NCBI GenBank assembly: GCA_964016885.1
Contig: OZ024745.1
Coordinates: forward strand, 36,828,001 to 36,892,000
Direction of reading: 5' to 3'
Origin: Eledone cirrhosa
Lineage: Eukaryota
Length of the DNA stretch: 64,000 nt
Shown: in pieces, positions 25,900 through 41,126 of the stretch
Numbering within the stretch: position 1 is the first letter of the stretch
How the letters are laid out: every line of letters starts with the position of its first letter
The notes under the pieces: model-generated
Databases searched by the model: none
Told to the model about the DNA's origin: nothing
Seen by the model: the letters and a program-made list of their open reading frames with translations, nothing else
Made by a program: the position numbers and the translations under genes

Positions 25900-28745
25900 T
25901 AGACGATATTGCGTGTCATCCCTTGAGGAGTGTAAGCAAAAAGTCCATTCCTGCTCCCTACGCGGGAACAGGCAACATAAAGTTGGCCATGGGAGAAGCA
26001 TGGCTCCTCCAAATGGATACCCGCCACCGACAATGTTTGCCCTTGATATGGAGAAACATGGTCTCACCGGGAATTGGGATCGCCGGAAATCGAACGGGAT
26101 ATCTGACGCCGAGGGGAAAAAGTTCATCCATGGAATGAAAACATTCTCCTCTCTCCCGGACCCCGTTACAATGGTGGCCTCAATCAAGTGGGGCGTCAGT
26201 GACTTGACGACCATGCGAGTACCGTTGCACTGCTTTGGTGGACGCAAGTTCCTTATTAACATAATGGCACAGCCAACCCTAAGCTTAAGAATGTGAGGTG
26301 GGAGCCCTGGGGGCTCAAGGGAATTTAATAAGTCAACCGGATAATTAACTGTATCGTCAGGGTCTGACGTCCGGTCGATAGATTTGAAGATGTGCTCTTT
26401 ACAGGGAATCTTCTCAATCAGCTGCTCGTTACTAAAATAAACCATGGCATTTTTTAGAGCAAGGATGGCTCTTTCGCTGAGCCAATCGAGGTTTTTAAAG
26501 TTAGATGAGACATTAGGAAAAACTGCTTCCCAAAGGTCAGAAGGGCTGCTCACAATGTTGCACAGAGAGTCAATTGCTATGCCACCCTTGTCATCCGCAG
26601 GGACCTTTCCCTCACCAAGTGCTAAAATGTTCTGAGCAAATGTTGCAGACATGTTGTCACCATGCAAATGAGCACGCATATTTGTGCTCATGTACAAACT
26701 CTTCACCTGGGGCCACAACATGGACGATTTAAGGCAGACACGCACTTCATTAGCTCTTGTCCCTTTGGGGGTGACAGGAAGCGTTTGCCGAAAATCCCCT
26801 GATAGCAGAAGGGTTACGCCACCCATAGGAGCCGTAGAATCGCTAATGTCTTTCAGGGTCATGTCAAATGCCTCAAGGGCACCCTTGTGTGCCATTGTGC
26901 ACTCATCTCAAACAATGAGGCAACATTTTTTGAGAACCAGAGCTTCGTGTGAGCTCTTGCTGATATTGCATGTTGATGTCTCAGTTTTAATTAAATCCAA
27001 GTTGAGTTTAAAGGTTGAATGTGCTGTCCTGCCTCTCGGCAGCAAAGTAGCAGCGGTCCCGGACGATGCAACGGCCAACGCAATTGTTTCTCCTGGCGAA
27101 TCTTAGCGAGAATCAATATCGTTACAAAAGTGTTTCCGGTACCCCCAGGAGCATCGAGAAAGTAAATATCCCCAGTCTGATTTTGAACCGCGTCAATGAT
27201 AGTTAAATAGGCCAACCTTTGGTCCGACAGAAGTTTGGGCTTATTTTCCTCTAAGTATTGGGAAAGAGATTCGATGTCATATGCTGTTTCCCGCAACAAA
27301 TCCGGGGCCAACGTGTTAGCTTCCTCTCTGACGGTTGACGGCAAGCCATACGTCGCCAACTCACTCGCTCCTATGTCGAGGAGGGCGTCCTCGATATCAA
27401 TGAGTGCCCTGTTGTAGATAATGTCGCTGTAACCAACTTCCACTGAAGGATACTGCAGATGAGCCAGGCGCAGGAAGTCCTCAGACATGAAGTCTCTGTA
27501 CTTGACCCATAAAGATTTGGGATCACCCAATTCACACTTTTGAAGCAAAATGGCAAAGAGTTCCCGTAGACTTTTAGGTGATTTCAACAAAGCACCCTCT
27601 GCTAAAGTGGAATCCCATTGCGAATCATCTTCCAAAAGACCACGCTTAAAGCAGGCTTCCCGGTACGTATCACATATTTCTCCATCAACAGTTTTGAGGT
27701 CCTCAAAACTTTGTGGGCCTACAACTTCATGCAGAAGAAGGCGGAGATGAAAGCACTCATGCTAACTTGGGGGCACAGTGTAAACCCTTCTAAGACAGCT
27801 GTCAAATTTTACACCAGGATGTCTTTCAACAGCCTGACCTGACTTTCTTCGCACCCAAGTGTTTTTCGACCTTATAAAGTAGGGTGGAACCTGAGGGTAC
27901 ACAATTGTTTGCGCAAATGTATCTAACTGGCAAAGTTTGAAGAAACTCGTCAGAGTGGTCTCTTTCGGATCGGCAGCCAACTTAACAGCGGTTTGGTCCG
28001 TCAAGTAAACCCTTTGCTCATTTTGCAGATGTACCGCAAGCTGTACGATGGCGGGGTGCCGTTGGTGTAGGGGTAAATCAAATAGGCGCCAAAAAGCTTC
28101 ATTGCTACTGCTGTACCGCCCCGCCAGGTATTCTGTGACCTCATCAGAGCCCTTATTTACATATTTGCATATGTATTTTATAGACTTGACGGAGTTGCAA
28201 AACTCAACGTTGATGTGGGCATCTTCAAGAGAAGCGGGCAGTAAGGGACCACCCATCTATTGTCGACTTCTCCTCCCTTTACTGTTGTCGTGAAGCCACC
28301 GTTCTCAGGCCGTCTCCGCCTGTACAGGGGGTACCCACCGCCACCAGTGTGAGTCTCGTCAACAAATTTTTGGGGGTATCCCTTACTGCACGACCCCCCT
28401 TTCAGACACGTGTGATGCTCATTAGGACCCGACGCACACGGACCGTGTTAGCTTTGACGATGTCATGTAATTCCTGGTCAGTTGCTGGGTTAGGGATTTC
28501 AGCCGAAATGAAGCTGTCTATGGCATCTGAATTGATTTTATCAGCTAACCAAATCAAAATGTGAGCATGTGGCAGCCCTTGTTTTTGCCATTCGACGGTG
28601 AACATGTCACATTTTACAGCCCCAAATACCTGACCTTTTTGATTAAAGCCATGAGTTTAGCCAGTTTCAGTCCGAACACTCTGGCAATGAAGTCATGTCT
28701 GTTCGAATAATTTTGCCCAGGAAAAAGTTCATGGGTTACATTCCG
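25900..28745 (-). pseudogene. Helitron RepHel (HUH Rep + Pif1 helicase), frameshifted
   Basis: VEWQKQGLPHAHILIW (HUH motif 2), KYICKYVNKG (two Tyr), DAPGGTGNTF (mutated Walker A), SGDFRQTLPV, LIRNL..CNGTR, RSQFPVRPCF. Confidence 0.93.
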
Positions 28746-28875
28746 ATTCATAGGTCTATAGCATTAATCTGTTATATGAAGTGTTATTTTGCGGGTTGTT
28801 ATTTGCAATAAGCCGATTGAAAATGCCCCAGATAAGCCGTATGCCAATACGAAACGCTCAATACGGAACGCTCCA

Positions 28876-29590
28876 CTGCAGTGCTGTCATATAGGGAGTG
28901 AAGAGCGTCAGAGAGAGTAAAGCAGTTAAATTATAGAGAGGGGGAATATACGGAACGCTCCATTTGATCATATACATTGTTTCTCTCTCTCTGCAGTGTT
29001 GTCATATAGAGAGTGAAGAGAGACAGAGATAGTAAAGCAGTTAAATTATAGAGATGGGAAATATACATTGTTTCTCTCTCTGCAGTGTTGTCATGTAGGG
29101 AGTGAAGAGCGACAGAGAGAGTAAAGCAGTTAAATTATAGAGAGGTCGTTATTGTTACGTTTGTTGTTTTATAAATTCATCTGATGCTTTTGAATATTTG
29201 TTATTTGATGTAAAATGTAAGGTTGATAGAGAAGTATGTATTTAGTGTTATCGGCTTTTTAAATTTTGATATTTTATGTATGAGTGTCGTTATGACTGTA
29301 GATAGGGGGAATAATCTATTGTAGAGAGAGGGAAGAGCGACGGAGAGAGTAAAGCTATGGTTGTTGTGTTGCTTAGGTTTCAAAGTTTGTGTCGCGTCCT
29401 TCAAAAGAAGTTTTGTCGTTCTCAATTGTAATGTTGATAGGGTAGTAGACCGAGGCAGTAACCTTTTAAAGAGAGTTGCAGAGGAGATTGAGGGGGGGGG
29501 GTAGAGAGAGTGATGAACCTTTTAAAGAGAGTTGCAGAGGAAATTGAGAGTGGAGTAGAGGAAAATATGAACCTTTTAAAGAGAGTTGCA
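28876..29590. repeat. Helitron-internal minisatellites
   Basis: Three units CTGCAGTG.TGTCAT..GAGTGAAGAG..GTAAAGCAGTTAAATTATAGAGA (28876, 28991, 29080); three AACCTTTTAAAGAGAGTTGCA units (29460-29590). Confidence 0.85.
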
Positions 29591-30269
29591 ACATGTATGT
29601 AGTTTCATATATTTTTGATTGTAGTAGTGAGAGGATGAAGCATGTAAGAGAGAAGGTTATTTAGTTTTATCGATTTTTTTCATAGAAACAGGACATTTTT
29701 GGCAAAAATAATTACGTGTTGATCTGCCCTGGTAAATTTTGAGCACATTGGAAAAAATTTCATCAAAATCGGTAGAGAAATGTGGAAATGCATAAAAATC
29801 ATACACACACACAGACAGACATCTACCGTTTTATATATATAGAGATATACATATATGCTTTTATATAGATCAACATTTATATATATATATATATGTTCTC
29901 TATTTTCTCCGAATTTGGAAATTATGAGAATAACCAGTTACTATTAATAATGAATATTAACTTGAGTTATAAACTATTTATATATATATATATATATATA
30001 TGTGGGGGGGGGGTATATATATGTATATATATATATATATATAGTAATAATAATAAATTTGAAGACTAAAATCCAAAGAGGGCTCGATAAGGATAAATAT
30101 ATATCAAATATATAAGAACCGTAGAGCAAATATTTATTAAAATAACAGATTAAATTTTAAGCAAAGAATCCATATATATGTGTATATATATATGTGTGTG
30201 TGTGTGTATATATATATATATGTATATATATATATAGTTTATAACTCAAGATAATATAATATTTATTAT

Positions 30270-30456
30270 TAATTGTTTTTACTTTTGGCACAAGGCCAGC
30301 AATTATCCCAGTACATTACTGGTACTTTATTTTATCGACCCCATAAGGATGAAAGGCAAAGTAAACCTCGGCGGGAATTGCACTCAGATCGTAATGGGAC
30401 GTAACTATGCTGGAAAGCATATCCTACTCTCTACCGATACTGCCAATTCACCGCCC
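30270..30456 (-). mobile_element. Same tRNA-derived SINE family
   Basis: Head, core and tail as in 21833-22026. Confidence 0.85.
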
Positions 30457-30511
30457 TTTAATAGTAACTGTTTATTCTCATAATTTCCAAATTCGGAGAA
30501 AATAGAGAACA

Positions 30512-31502
30512 TCTGTATATATATAAAATTAAGTATGTGTGTGTGTCTATGTATTACCTATAGGGGCCTACGTCTTACGACCGATTTTCATGAAACTTTA
30601 CAGGCCCATAGATTCGTCATCGGGGAGTGTTTTCTATATATCAGCGTATTGTTTCCGAGGTCATTCTGCAGATAAAATCGATAGGGGGGATCACCTTTCT
30701 TTAGGTATCGAAAAATAAGATTTTTGGCTCTCGCTCCCACATTTTGCCACCGATTTCTTTCAAATTTTAAAGCAAAATAGAATTTATCATTGCACATCCT
30801 GTAATGGATTTATATTTTGCATTTGTTGTTCAAGGACGGCGTGGCAGCCGCTTAAATATTTAAAAATATCACTTTTAGACTCAAATTTCGGCTCTAGCTC
30901 CTACATTAATCAACCTACTTTGTTCAAATTTTACACTACGCTAGATCTGATTATTTCACGTCTTAAAGTGGCTTTACATTTCGGATTTTTCGTTCAGGAA
31001 CAGCGAGGCAGCCGCTTAAATATTCGAAAATACCACCTTTTTGCTCAAATTTCCGGCTTTTCGGCTCTAGCTCCCACATTTTTCAACCGATTTCGTTCAA
31101 ATTCGAAACTTCGGCTCCACCTCACACATAAATCAATTTATTTGGTTTAACTTTTATACTACGATAGAAGCTATTTATTCACATCTTATAGATGGTCAAA
31201 GGCAAAACGATGGCCACTCACGTGGTCTGAGCTTTTAGTTGTGTATTTGAGAATTCATCGGTTTCCAATCAAGTAGCGTGAGGAAATTTGGCTTAGTGTT
31301 AGAGGTCATTACCTCCCTCCCCCAGCATGCCCCTTCGTCAGTTACCCGCGTTTCTCAGTTATAGAGGTCATCACCACCCTCCTCCGCATGGCCTGTGTGT
31401 GGCCATAGATGAGTCATCGAGAAGCAGTCGCTAAGATCAACACCTTTCCATCAAAGCAGATATTATTTTACCTACCCAGGCAACGCTGGGTACTGCTGCT
31501 AG
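30512..31502 (+). mobile_element. Non-autonomous Helitron
   Basis: 5' TCTGTATATATATAAAA; 3' hairpin CCCAGGCAACGCTGGG followed by CTAG at 31499-31502; A^T insertion site; no ORF. Confidence 0.88.
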
Positions 31503-31874
31503 TATATATATAAATGTTGATCTTGTTGCTGGAAATACGTGGATTCCAGCGATGAGTGTTCCAGTTGTAACAATAACACAACAGCCTGTTAAATCTATTT
31601 GCAAGCTATTGAGCATTCCGCAAATGTATATTACCTTAATATAATTCTCTGGGAGATTCAGTGGACACTGTGTGTCTGAAATTGTTGACCCTATGAAATT
31701 TTCCAAGCTGAGTGGATTGGTGCAACGTGACATAAAGTACCTTGCTCAAGGACTCAACACGACGGGAAATCAGCTCATGTTCTTGTAATTGTAAGCCAAA
31801 AACCTACCGAACTCAAGCTCTTCATCCTTTCGAGGTTTATAAATAAAGTACCAATGCAGTACTGTGGCGGGTTT

Positions 31875-31913
<39 letters not shown>

Positions 31914-34096
31914 TCTTCTCTATGGAATGAGCTCTGCTAATTTTAAAAGGCACAAGGCACGCCACGCCACTTTTTTGTTGACCAGGTTGTAATCTATGAT
32001 GGACTTAAATACATCTCAATAGAAAACATATACACATATATATACATCGGCTATCAAAGCATGAACATTAGCCCAAGTTCCACAAGAGTTCGCTATTTAG
32101 TTGTGGTCCTTCAATCTTACCAAGAGAAACTTTCATACATGCAGTATCAATAGAATAATGTACCAGTGAAGCACTATGGTTGATATAATCGACTACAACC
32201 CTCCCATAAATATGTGCCAATGATATAATTACATTGTGAGCATTGATTTATATCTTTATATACTAGATTTTTCATTACAAACCACTTCCTGCGTATTTGA
32301 CTTATATAAGAATTATTTATCTATTTAAATTTTTATATAATTCATTATTTATATTTGAATCACACTATACACACCTACACACATATGCTAGAAGTGGCAG
32401 TCAAATCTCCCACAAGCCAGTCTACTCTTTTAAAAAGGAACGATATAATATATAACGTAGTCTCATATATATGATGCCTGAAAAGAAGGCGGACTAATCA
32501 CGACTTAAAAGCTTTTGATCATAGATCATACGGCTGACTTTAGGCTAAACAACAACAACATAACTAATTTTAGACGGTCATTACGCATCTCTGTCAAAAA
32601 TCGACCAAAACTATTTTTCAGATTTCCTTTCCTAAAATTTATCTGAAATATATTCAATGTATAACTTATGTTACGAACAATTAACGACATATCATTAAAA
32701 TATAACAGACTGTTTTCTTTCTTGGCCCCTTAGCCAGGAAATATATCGTCTGCTTGTTCCATTTGGTAACTCGTTAAAATATGTCGTCTGTTCGGGTAAC
32801 CTAACTTTTGTCACTACTCACTATTTCTCTCTGACTGAACACACACGTGCTTTTTCTCCAAACAATTTTTTCCGTTTATTCTTCTTCTCACTATTCTCTA
32901 TATTTATATTTCTTTTTTTAAATTTCTTATTCCAACATCTGAAAAGTTAAGACCCTTTTCCTCTATATCAAACGTTAAACTAATGTGTATCTTCATTATA
33001 CTACATCGTTTTTCTGTGTTTTTTCCAGTTTACTTTTTGCATATATGCATGTGAACTATATGTATGTGTATATGTGTGAATGTATTTATGTATTTGTATA
33101 ATTGTACAATCAACACTCCTGGATTTTCACATTTTATTTCGTATTTTCACATGTACTTTCGTATCTTCTACGCCTGTCTTCGTGTGTTTATTTTGACATT
33201 TATTTTATTGAATATTACTATGGAAAAGCATGTTTATAGTTCATAATTTTAAAATAGGTTTGTTATTTTAATGTTGTACATAGGTTAAAGAAGAAATAAC
33301 CTTTAGAATCGTTTCATTTAAAGAAATACAGAATTCGTCGATTTGAATTAAATTGAGTTAAATTCTTCTAAATCAAAATACATCAAATCGAATTAATGCT
33401 GTTGTCCATTCAGGATTTGTTTGAACTTTTGAATAAAAATCTTCTTTTTTTTTCTTCATTTTCTTTTGAATTCACTTGAATCATAAAGTTTATAAAATGC
33501 GAACATTTAATAAAAATGTTTATTACAGCATGTTTCCAAATTAGTGCTTAATGGGATCTTTCTGACATTAAGGCTCCTTATCCTTTCACGATCTACTCTC
33601 ACGTGTCCTGTTAATGAGTTTCCCGTCAGACCACTGTATATTTCTCCGCAATTCAGGATTTTGTTAAAATAAATCATATTTCTGCTTTTACAGTTCATGC
33701 TTGCATGTACGAATATTTTTCTTCTAGGCTTGACCAACATCTATAAATTAACATACTTCACAACGATTGTCACTATACTTAGATAATGTGAAGTTTATAT
33801 TGGTGATGTTGAGATCAGATGTGACAGGCCTACCAAGCTGGAGATGGAAAATAAACCCGCTAACAAAAAACAAACCGATGGCCTTGTTCTGCATAAAGAC
33901 AATAAAGATGGTTAGATCAAAATTTGTCCTTGTTAATAGGTGGTTCAAATTCTTTGGTTGTTCTTTGCCTACGTTGATATGCCAGACAACAAATATTCCC
34001 GTACCATGTGGTATTAGATTCAAGAGGGAAATCAAATGGCATCGATACGTGTGTAAAGTACTTTCCTGACAACAATATAAAGCAATACCTAGTCAA

Positions 34097-34181
<85 letters not shown>

Positions 34182-34185
34182 AGAT

Positions 34186-34230
<45 letters not shown>

Positions 34231-34529
34231 CATAGAGAGAGAGAGAGTTAGACAAACAGACGGATAGATAGATAGATAGGTAGATGGATTGATATGTTTC
34301 TTTATTAGCCACAGGGGCACAAAAGAAGGGAACAAATACAAAAGTGGAAGTTTACATACAATAAAAACGTGTAAAATATAATCACAAATGCAATTTAAAA
34401 ATTTAGTCGATTTGCCCCAATAGGGGGAGACAGTTCATATGGGTAACACATACCTCCGAAAAAATGTGCAACCCTCATCTCCAGGAGTACGAAGAGTGTG
34501 TACTCCTTTCCTCTCTTCCTCTTTTTCCT

Positions 34530-37500
34530 CAACCTACAGGCTGATATAGAGAGAAGGCCCATTCACTCGGGCCATTCTCGCCACTTTCACCCACCTTTCA
34601 TAAAACTTGCTGAGGTACAGCACCTCTCTCTCCATCCTGATTCTTCTTCCAAAGTGGTATTTGAAAAAAAGAATCAGTTGTTGGCCGGAGAGAAAGGTGT
34701 CTGACCTCAGCCCTTTCAACCTTGTCCACCATACAACCTCTTTCGCCATAGCTATCACACAAACGAAAACCGCTTCTCCTTCGTTTTTGAAGGAGGATCA
34801 TGACAATGGACTCGGTGGTCAACCGGATTGGTCCCACCCGCGATAATAGTCGTTCTACATAGCCCCACGGGTCAGTGACGCTCGGGCAGTGTATGAATGC
34901 GTGCGCGACGGTTTCTTCGTCTCGCACGCACCTCGGACAGATCTTTTTTGCAGGGTCCCTGCCCGGGCGCCCATGTCTGTAGAGCTTGTCTCGAACTGGT
35001 AGAGCTCCTCGGTAGCACTGCCAGGCCAGGGACTTTTGGAAGTTGTCCATCGGTCCCGGGCGGAAGGTCCTACCGAACAGACTGGCCAGTTCATCTTCCT
35101 CTCCGCCTAGAGTTTCACCGAGCGCGTCGTCACACTTTCTGCGGATCAACTCTCTATAGAATGACGAAGTGGAGTCTCCACTGATCGCCTGGTCCGCCTG
35201 CTAGAGGACTGTGAGCGCCTGAGCACATTCAATGTGCCAGTCCCCCATTTTCCTCGGTCTTTGCTTGACCCAGGACTCCAGCTCGGTCAGCGAGACGAGT
35301 CGTGGGATGGCTCGCCTCACGAACGGGGCCCACACTGGTTGTCCGGTGAGGAATACGTAGAGATGCCGCAGCCTGAGCGCGTGTTTGCGCATCGTCAGCC
35401 ACGGCATCCCCAGCCCTCCGTTAGAAGGGAGTTGGCAGCAGATGGATCTTCTCACCAAAGGAGCCCGCCTCTTCCAAAGGAATTGGAAGAGCGCGCGCTC
35501 CATTTTGGTGAGCGTTTTGGTTGGACAAGGCACGACGGTCAAGCGGTAGTAGATGGCGGACGCTATAAAAGTGTTCGCCACCTCCGCTCGACCTTTCAAG
35601 AATAGTTTGCACTCGGCCCACTTCTGTGTGAGTGCAAACACCTTGGCCGTCACTTCGTTCTTCTCCACCTGGAGGTCCGGACCAAACCAGATCCCGAGCA
35701 GCTTTACCGGTCCTTCCGTCCAGCGTCCGACGACGCCATCGGAAGGCATCGTTTGCCTCTCCACGATCCGAGTTGCAAACCGATGGACTTGTCCCGGTTC
35801 AGCTTCGCTGCTGTGAAACTTTCGTATTCCTTCAGTAAGGTGGCGACTTCCTCAATTTGCGAGGCGGTCGACACCATTACTGTCATGTCGTCGGCTTAGG
35901 CCGACGCCGCTTTCCGCAGTCCCGGTTCCAGAGGGATGCCCTGCAATAGCTCCAAATTCCGCAGTAGTGGCTCGAGAGTCAGTACGTACAAAAGGGAGGA
36001 GAGAGGGCATCCCTGTCGAATGGATCGCGTAATATGGAACGGCTCCGAGAGATAGCCGTTCACCTTGACACTTGAGCAGATGTTGCTGTTGTGCATTGCA
36101 GCAATCCAGCCCCTCAACACGGGTCCGAAGCCTGCCGCCTCGAGCATCGCATCCAGGTAACAATGGTCAACCCTATCGAAAGCCTTAGACTGATCCAAGT
36201 TGATCAGGGCCCCACCGAAGCCGGGTTTACACCCTACCCTCTCTATGATGTATCGCATGAGGTGGAGGTTGTCGTGTATGGACCTGGTCGGGATTGCGCA
36301 TGTCTGCGCTTCTCCCACCAGGTACCCGACGACAAGCGCCAGCCTCTTTGCCAACACCTTAGCCAAAATCTGTAACTCTGTGTTTAGCAGAGTTATGGGC
36401 CGGAAGTTGCCTATGTCATCCCCCTTATTCTCGTCCTTCCTGACTAGTGTGACTACGCCCCCGGTCACAGAACTAACAGCTTTGGCTCCCTCGTTTCCCA
36501 GAGCACGTATTTTGCTTCTGACAACGCAGCCCTCGTGCTTTGCGTCGAAGAACTGGTCCAAGGCCGTTCTCGTTGCTAGCACGCTGGCTACGTTGCCACT
36601 TCTAATTGCTTCTTCTACTTTATCTACCAGTTCCTTCTCGGTTCTATTTCTATCTAACGCTAATTCTTTACTAAAAACTAACGAGTCTAATCTAACTGCC
36701 CTCTTGAGAGAGTACCACCATCTGTTGTTGACAATGGCCCCTGTCAAGTGCTGTTTAACTAAAGTGCTAATCCGTCTACTGTAGGCTTTGCTTGTCGCTC
36801 AGCTTCCAGTAGCCGGGTCCTTGTCTATGGGTTCTATCAAGGTTGGCCATGCAGGTCACTAGTTTGTGATCTGAATAGGCAACCATGAACATTTGTGGAC
36901 AGCTTAACATGTCCCTATCCTTATTTATAACTAGAACCCTATCTAGGTACGATCTAGATGTTCCGCTAAGATTAGTCCACGTCCACAGTGGCACAGTCGG
37001 AAAATCTAGTCGATATCTATCGGCCAGGTCAAATCGGTCGATTAACTGTTTGAGGCTGTTACACCCCCCCTTTATCGGGACATGCTCCCACATAGTCCCA
37101 ACGTGCATCTAGGATTCCATTCCAGTCCCCCACTAAAAGCAAGGCGCGCGACGTTCCCAGAAAAGTCTCGAGACGTTTGAAGAAGTCTGGCCGCGGTGTC
37201 CCGGATGGGGCATATGCAGCCACCAGCCTGAAGGCTCCACCTTCACTACCGTCAACGTCTAGGACCACCAGTCGACCTTCCGGGTCCAGATGTACCGTCT
37301 GTGTTACGAGACCCAGGCGTTTTCGCAGCAATACGGCAAACCTGCCCCCACCCCCCGGCCGACAGAGAGATGCGTAGATCTCAAAGTCATCGAAGATGGG
37401 GGCTAGCTGTCGCTCGCTGTGGAACCTGGACTCGCAAATGGCTACTACATCCATACTGTGCGACCTGAGGTCGTTTAAGAGTTTTCCCTGTTTCCAGGGC

Positions 37501-37547
37501 ATCCCCAGGCCGCGTACGTTCACACATCCAATTCTTATATTGGCCAT
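34530..37547 (-). pseudogene. Tx1/L1 ORF2 (APE endonuclease + RT + C-terminal Cys motif), frameshifted and deleted
   Basis: NVRGL..ICES, VGDWN, RSYLDR, SDH, GYWK (APE); NFRPITLLN, LDQSKAFDRVDH, IRQGCPLSSLLY, LLGIWF (RT); CPRC..ETVAHAFIHC. Confidence 0.93.
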
Positions 37548-37993
37548 GTTGGTGCTGAAAAGTTAAAAGAGGAAAAGAAATGACTCGCCCTTCGTCTCCT
37601 GTGGACCAGGCTGCACGATTTCCATGGCGGTGTTGGAGGGGTTGTCTGGGTGGGTGGTGGTTTCCGGCGGGTGGGGACGGAGATGTCTGGTGGGGTGGGG
37701 TCTGGTGGTATGGGGGTATATGGGGTGGGGAGACATTTGAGAAGGACGCGGTTAAGTGGTTTCACGCAGGAATTCCCCACATCCTTTTCAAATGTTTCTT
37801 TTAGGGACCTATAAGTTTGTATAGGGACCCTAATCAGTTTTAGGTTCAGTTTTTTGTTATTTTTAATAGAGTGGGCGAAAATTTTCCCTTCGGTTTTCAC
37901 CGAAGGGTTGTTCGTGATGGTCTCCGTTAGTGTTTTGTTTTCAGTGTTTATGTAAGTGTAAGTGTAATTTTCTTGTGTTGTGTTTGTTTTTGT

Positions 37994-39522
37994 CTATAGT
38001 TCTTGTGTGTGCTTTCGTTTTGTTGTAGGTATTTTGTTTTCAGGAGGTGGGGGATTTGTTTGTGATGTTTTTGTTGTTTGTGTTGGTGGTTGTATGTCTG
38101 TGGTAGTGTTTGCTGGTTTTTTGCTTTTGTGATGTCTTTTCTTTCTTTTCGAGCGATGGGGTTCTCCCTCGTCTTCACTAGGTGATGGCGAGATAGCCTC
38201 ATCTGTTGTATCGTCTGTGTGATTGGGGAGGGGTATGTCTTGGGGAACTGTTGTGTCTGTATGTGATTTTGCAGTGGTTTTAGGTGGAGTGGGGTTGGGT
38301 GGGACTGTGTTTGTTGTGGTTATTTTTGTGTGTTGTTGTTGTTGTGGTGGTGGTGGTGGTGGTTGTGTTGTTGTGATGGGTGTCGGCAGAAGAGTCTTTT
38401 TTTTACTCATTAATTTAGGGCAGGAAGCCCTCAGGTGACCCCTGCTAAAGCAGTGGTAACATGAAGGCCGCCTACCTTCAACCAAAAAGTTTATGTAGGT
38501 GAGTCCGTCCATGAGTACACGTTGTGGGATCATAGCTATTCGCTCTGGGCTCATTTGCACCAGAACTTCAACGCTAGTCCCATTGAATACATCTCTGGGG
38601 GACTTTCCTACTGACAGTATTTTGTCTTCATCAAAATTGATGAAGCCGCACAGTATCCCCATATGTTCACTTTTGGTGTGACACTCGTGATTTTAATCTT
38701 TTGTGTCCTTTTTCCCATGTATGTAGGGAAAAAGGTATACAGGTTGGATACAATTGGCGACACAGAGTAATTTTGGGCCGTCAATTGATCCTTCATGAGT
38801 ACCGAAATACTCCCAAAGAGTTTGGTTCTTTGAATGAATGAAATATCATTCATTGAATTTTTGAAAACCAGTTCAATTTCTTTCTGTGACAATTGGACTG
38901 GTTTTCGGGTAGAATTGGAAACTGTCCTAAAAACTATCGTTTTGAGAGCAGTTTCCTTGCGAATTTCTACCGGAGAATTGATGCTGAAAGCACCATTCCT
39001 TTCGAAAGTGACATATCTCCTAGCGTCCTTTAAAAGTTGTTCGGCATTTGTTATGTCAAGATATGTCAGTTCCTCCTTTTTCTGAACTGTCTGTGCAAAG
39101 GATATTTTTGGTTTCTTTGTGGAATTATCCGTGTTGGTGGTGTTGTCATTATTGTTGTCATTGTTGTTATTCTTGTTGACACTGATGTTGATATTATTCG
39201 TATTTTCCTTGGTGTTGGTGTTGGTGTTGGTGTTGTTGTTGTCTTTGATGCTGGTATTATTGGTGTTGTCTTTATTTTTTTCTTTGTTGTTGTTGTCATT
39301 GTTGTTTTTATCATCATTATTGGTGTTGTTGTTGTTATTTTTGTTGTCATTGTACTGTTTGGTGTCATTTGTGTTGTTTGGATATAAATTTGTTTTTAAA
39401 ATTTCATTTCGTCTTTCCATCTCAGTATTTATGGAGAAGGAAAGGGAAGAAGACGATGTTGACTGCGAGCTATGTAGTCTTACCGACTCTCCACCACTAT
39501 TATCGTCGAACGCAGCGTTCAT
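37994..39522 (-). pseudogene. Tx1/L1 ORF1 (Asn-rich N-terminus, CCHC zinc knuckle), frameshifted near 38660
   Basis: ORFs 38608..39522 and 37994..38662; EGRRPSCYHCFSRGHLRASC = CX2CX4HX4C. Confidence 0.85.
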
Positions 39523-39755
39523 AACGTAATCAAACTTCTTACGAAATTTTTTCTAAAATTCGATGGAGAAAACATTTTTTAAAACGAATATTTCGCCCCT
39601 GTAGGGGCGAAAATGAGTTGACCCACCACCTGAAGGTCTAGACGGGGGGTCAAGTTACACAATAATATAAAATTTAACTGAAAACTCACGTTTTTTTCTT
39701 ACATAAATTAACGGAAACTTCTCCGCGAAGTTACACACGTCTGGTAAAGAGAGAG

Positions 39756-40843
<1,088 letters not shown>

Positions 40844-40850
40844 GTAGAGG

Positions 40851-40958
<108 letters not shown>

Positions 40959-41065
40959 TTTCGGAGTTGAACTAGTCGGGCAAAGGATGTGATCTGAGAC
41001 CGTGTTTTAAATGGCTAAAATGATTCTTCCATAAAGTAAGTGGTATATTGAAATTTACATAGATG

Positions 41066-41126
<61 letters not shown>

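Larger units (their letters stand above)
25561..29845 (-). mobile_element. Helitron with both termini, internally deleted
   Basis: 5' TCTCTATATATATAAAA at 29845; 3' hairpin CCCGAGCAACGCCGGG (25573-25588) followed by TTAG; inserted at A^T; RepHel remnants inside. Confidence 0.9.
34297..39748 (-). mobile_element. Full-length (internally deleted) Tx1/L1-clade LINE in (GATA)n
   Basis: ORF1 and ORF2 (APE + RT) on -, 5' end TTACCAGACGTGTG abutting GA/GATA repeats, 3' AATAAAGAAA abutting (TATC)n. Confidence 0.88.

Noticed and set aside
28876-29590. Regularly spaced repeats resembling a CRISPR-like array
   Set aside because: Units are degenerate tandem minisatellites inside a Helitron, with no unique spacers; eukaryotic context
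33505-34070. Unique-looking sequence with ORFs 33767..34069 and AG/GT sites, possible host exon
   Set aside because: No recognisable domain and no consistent acceptor-donor pair with an open frame
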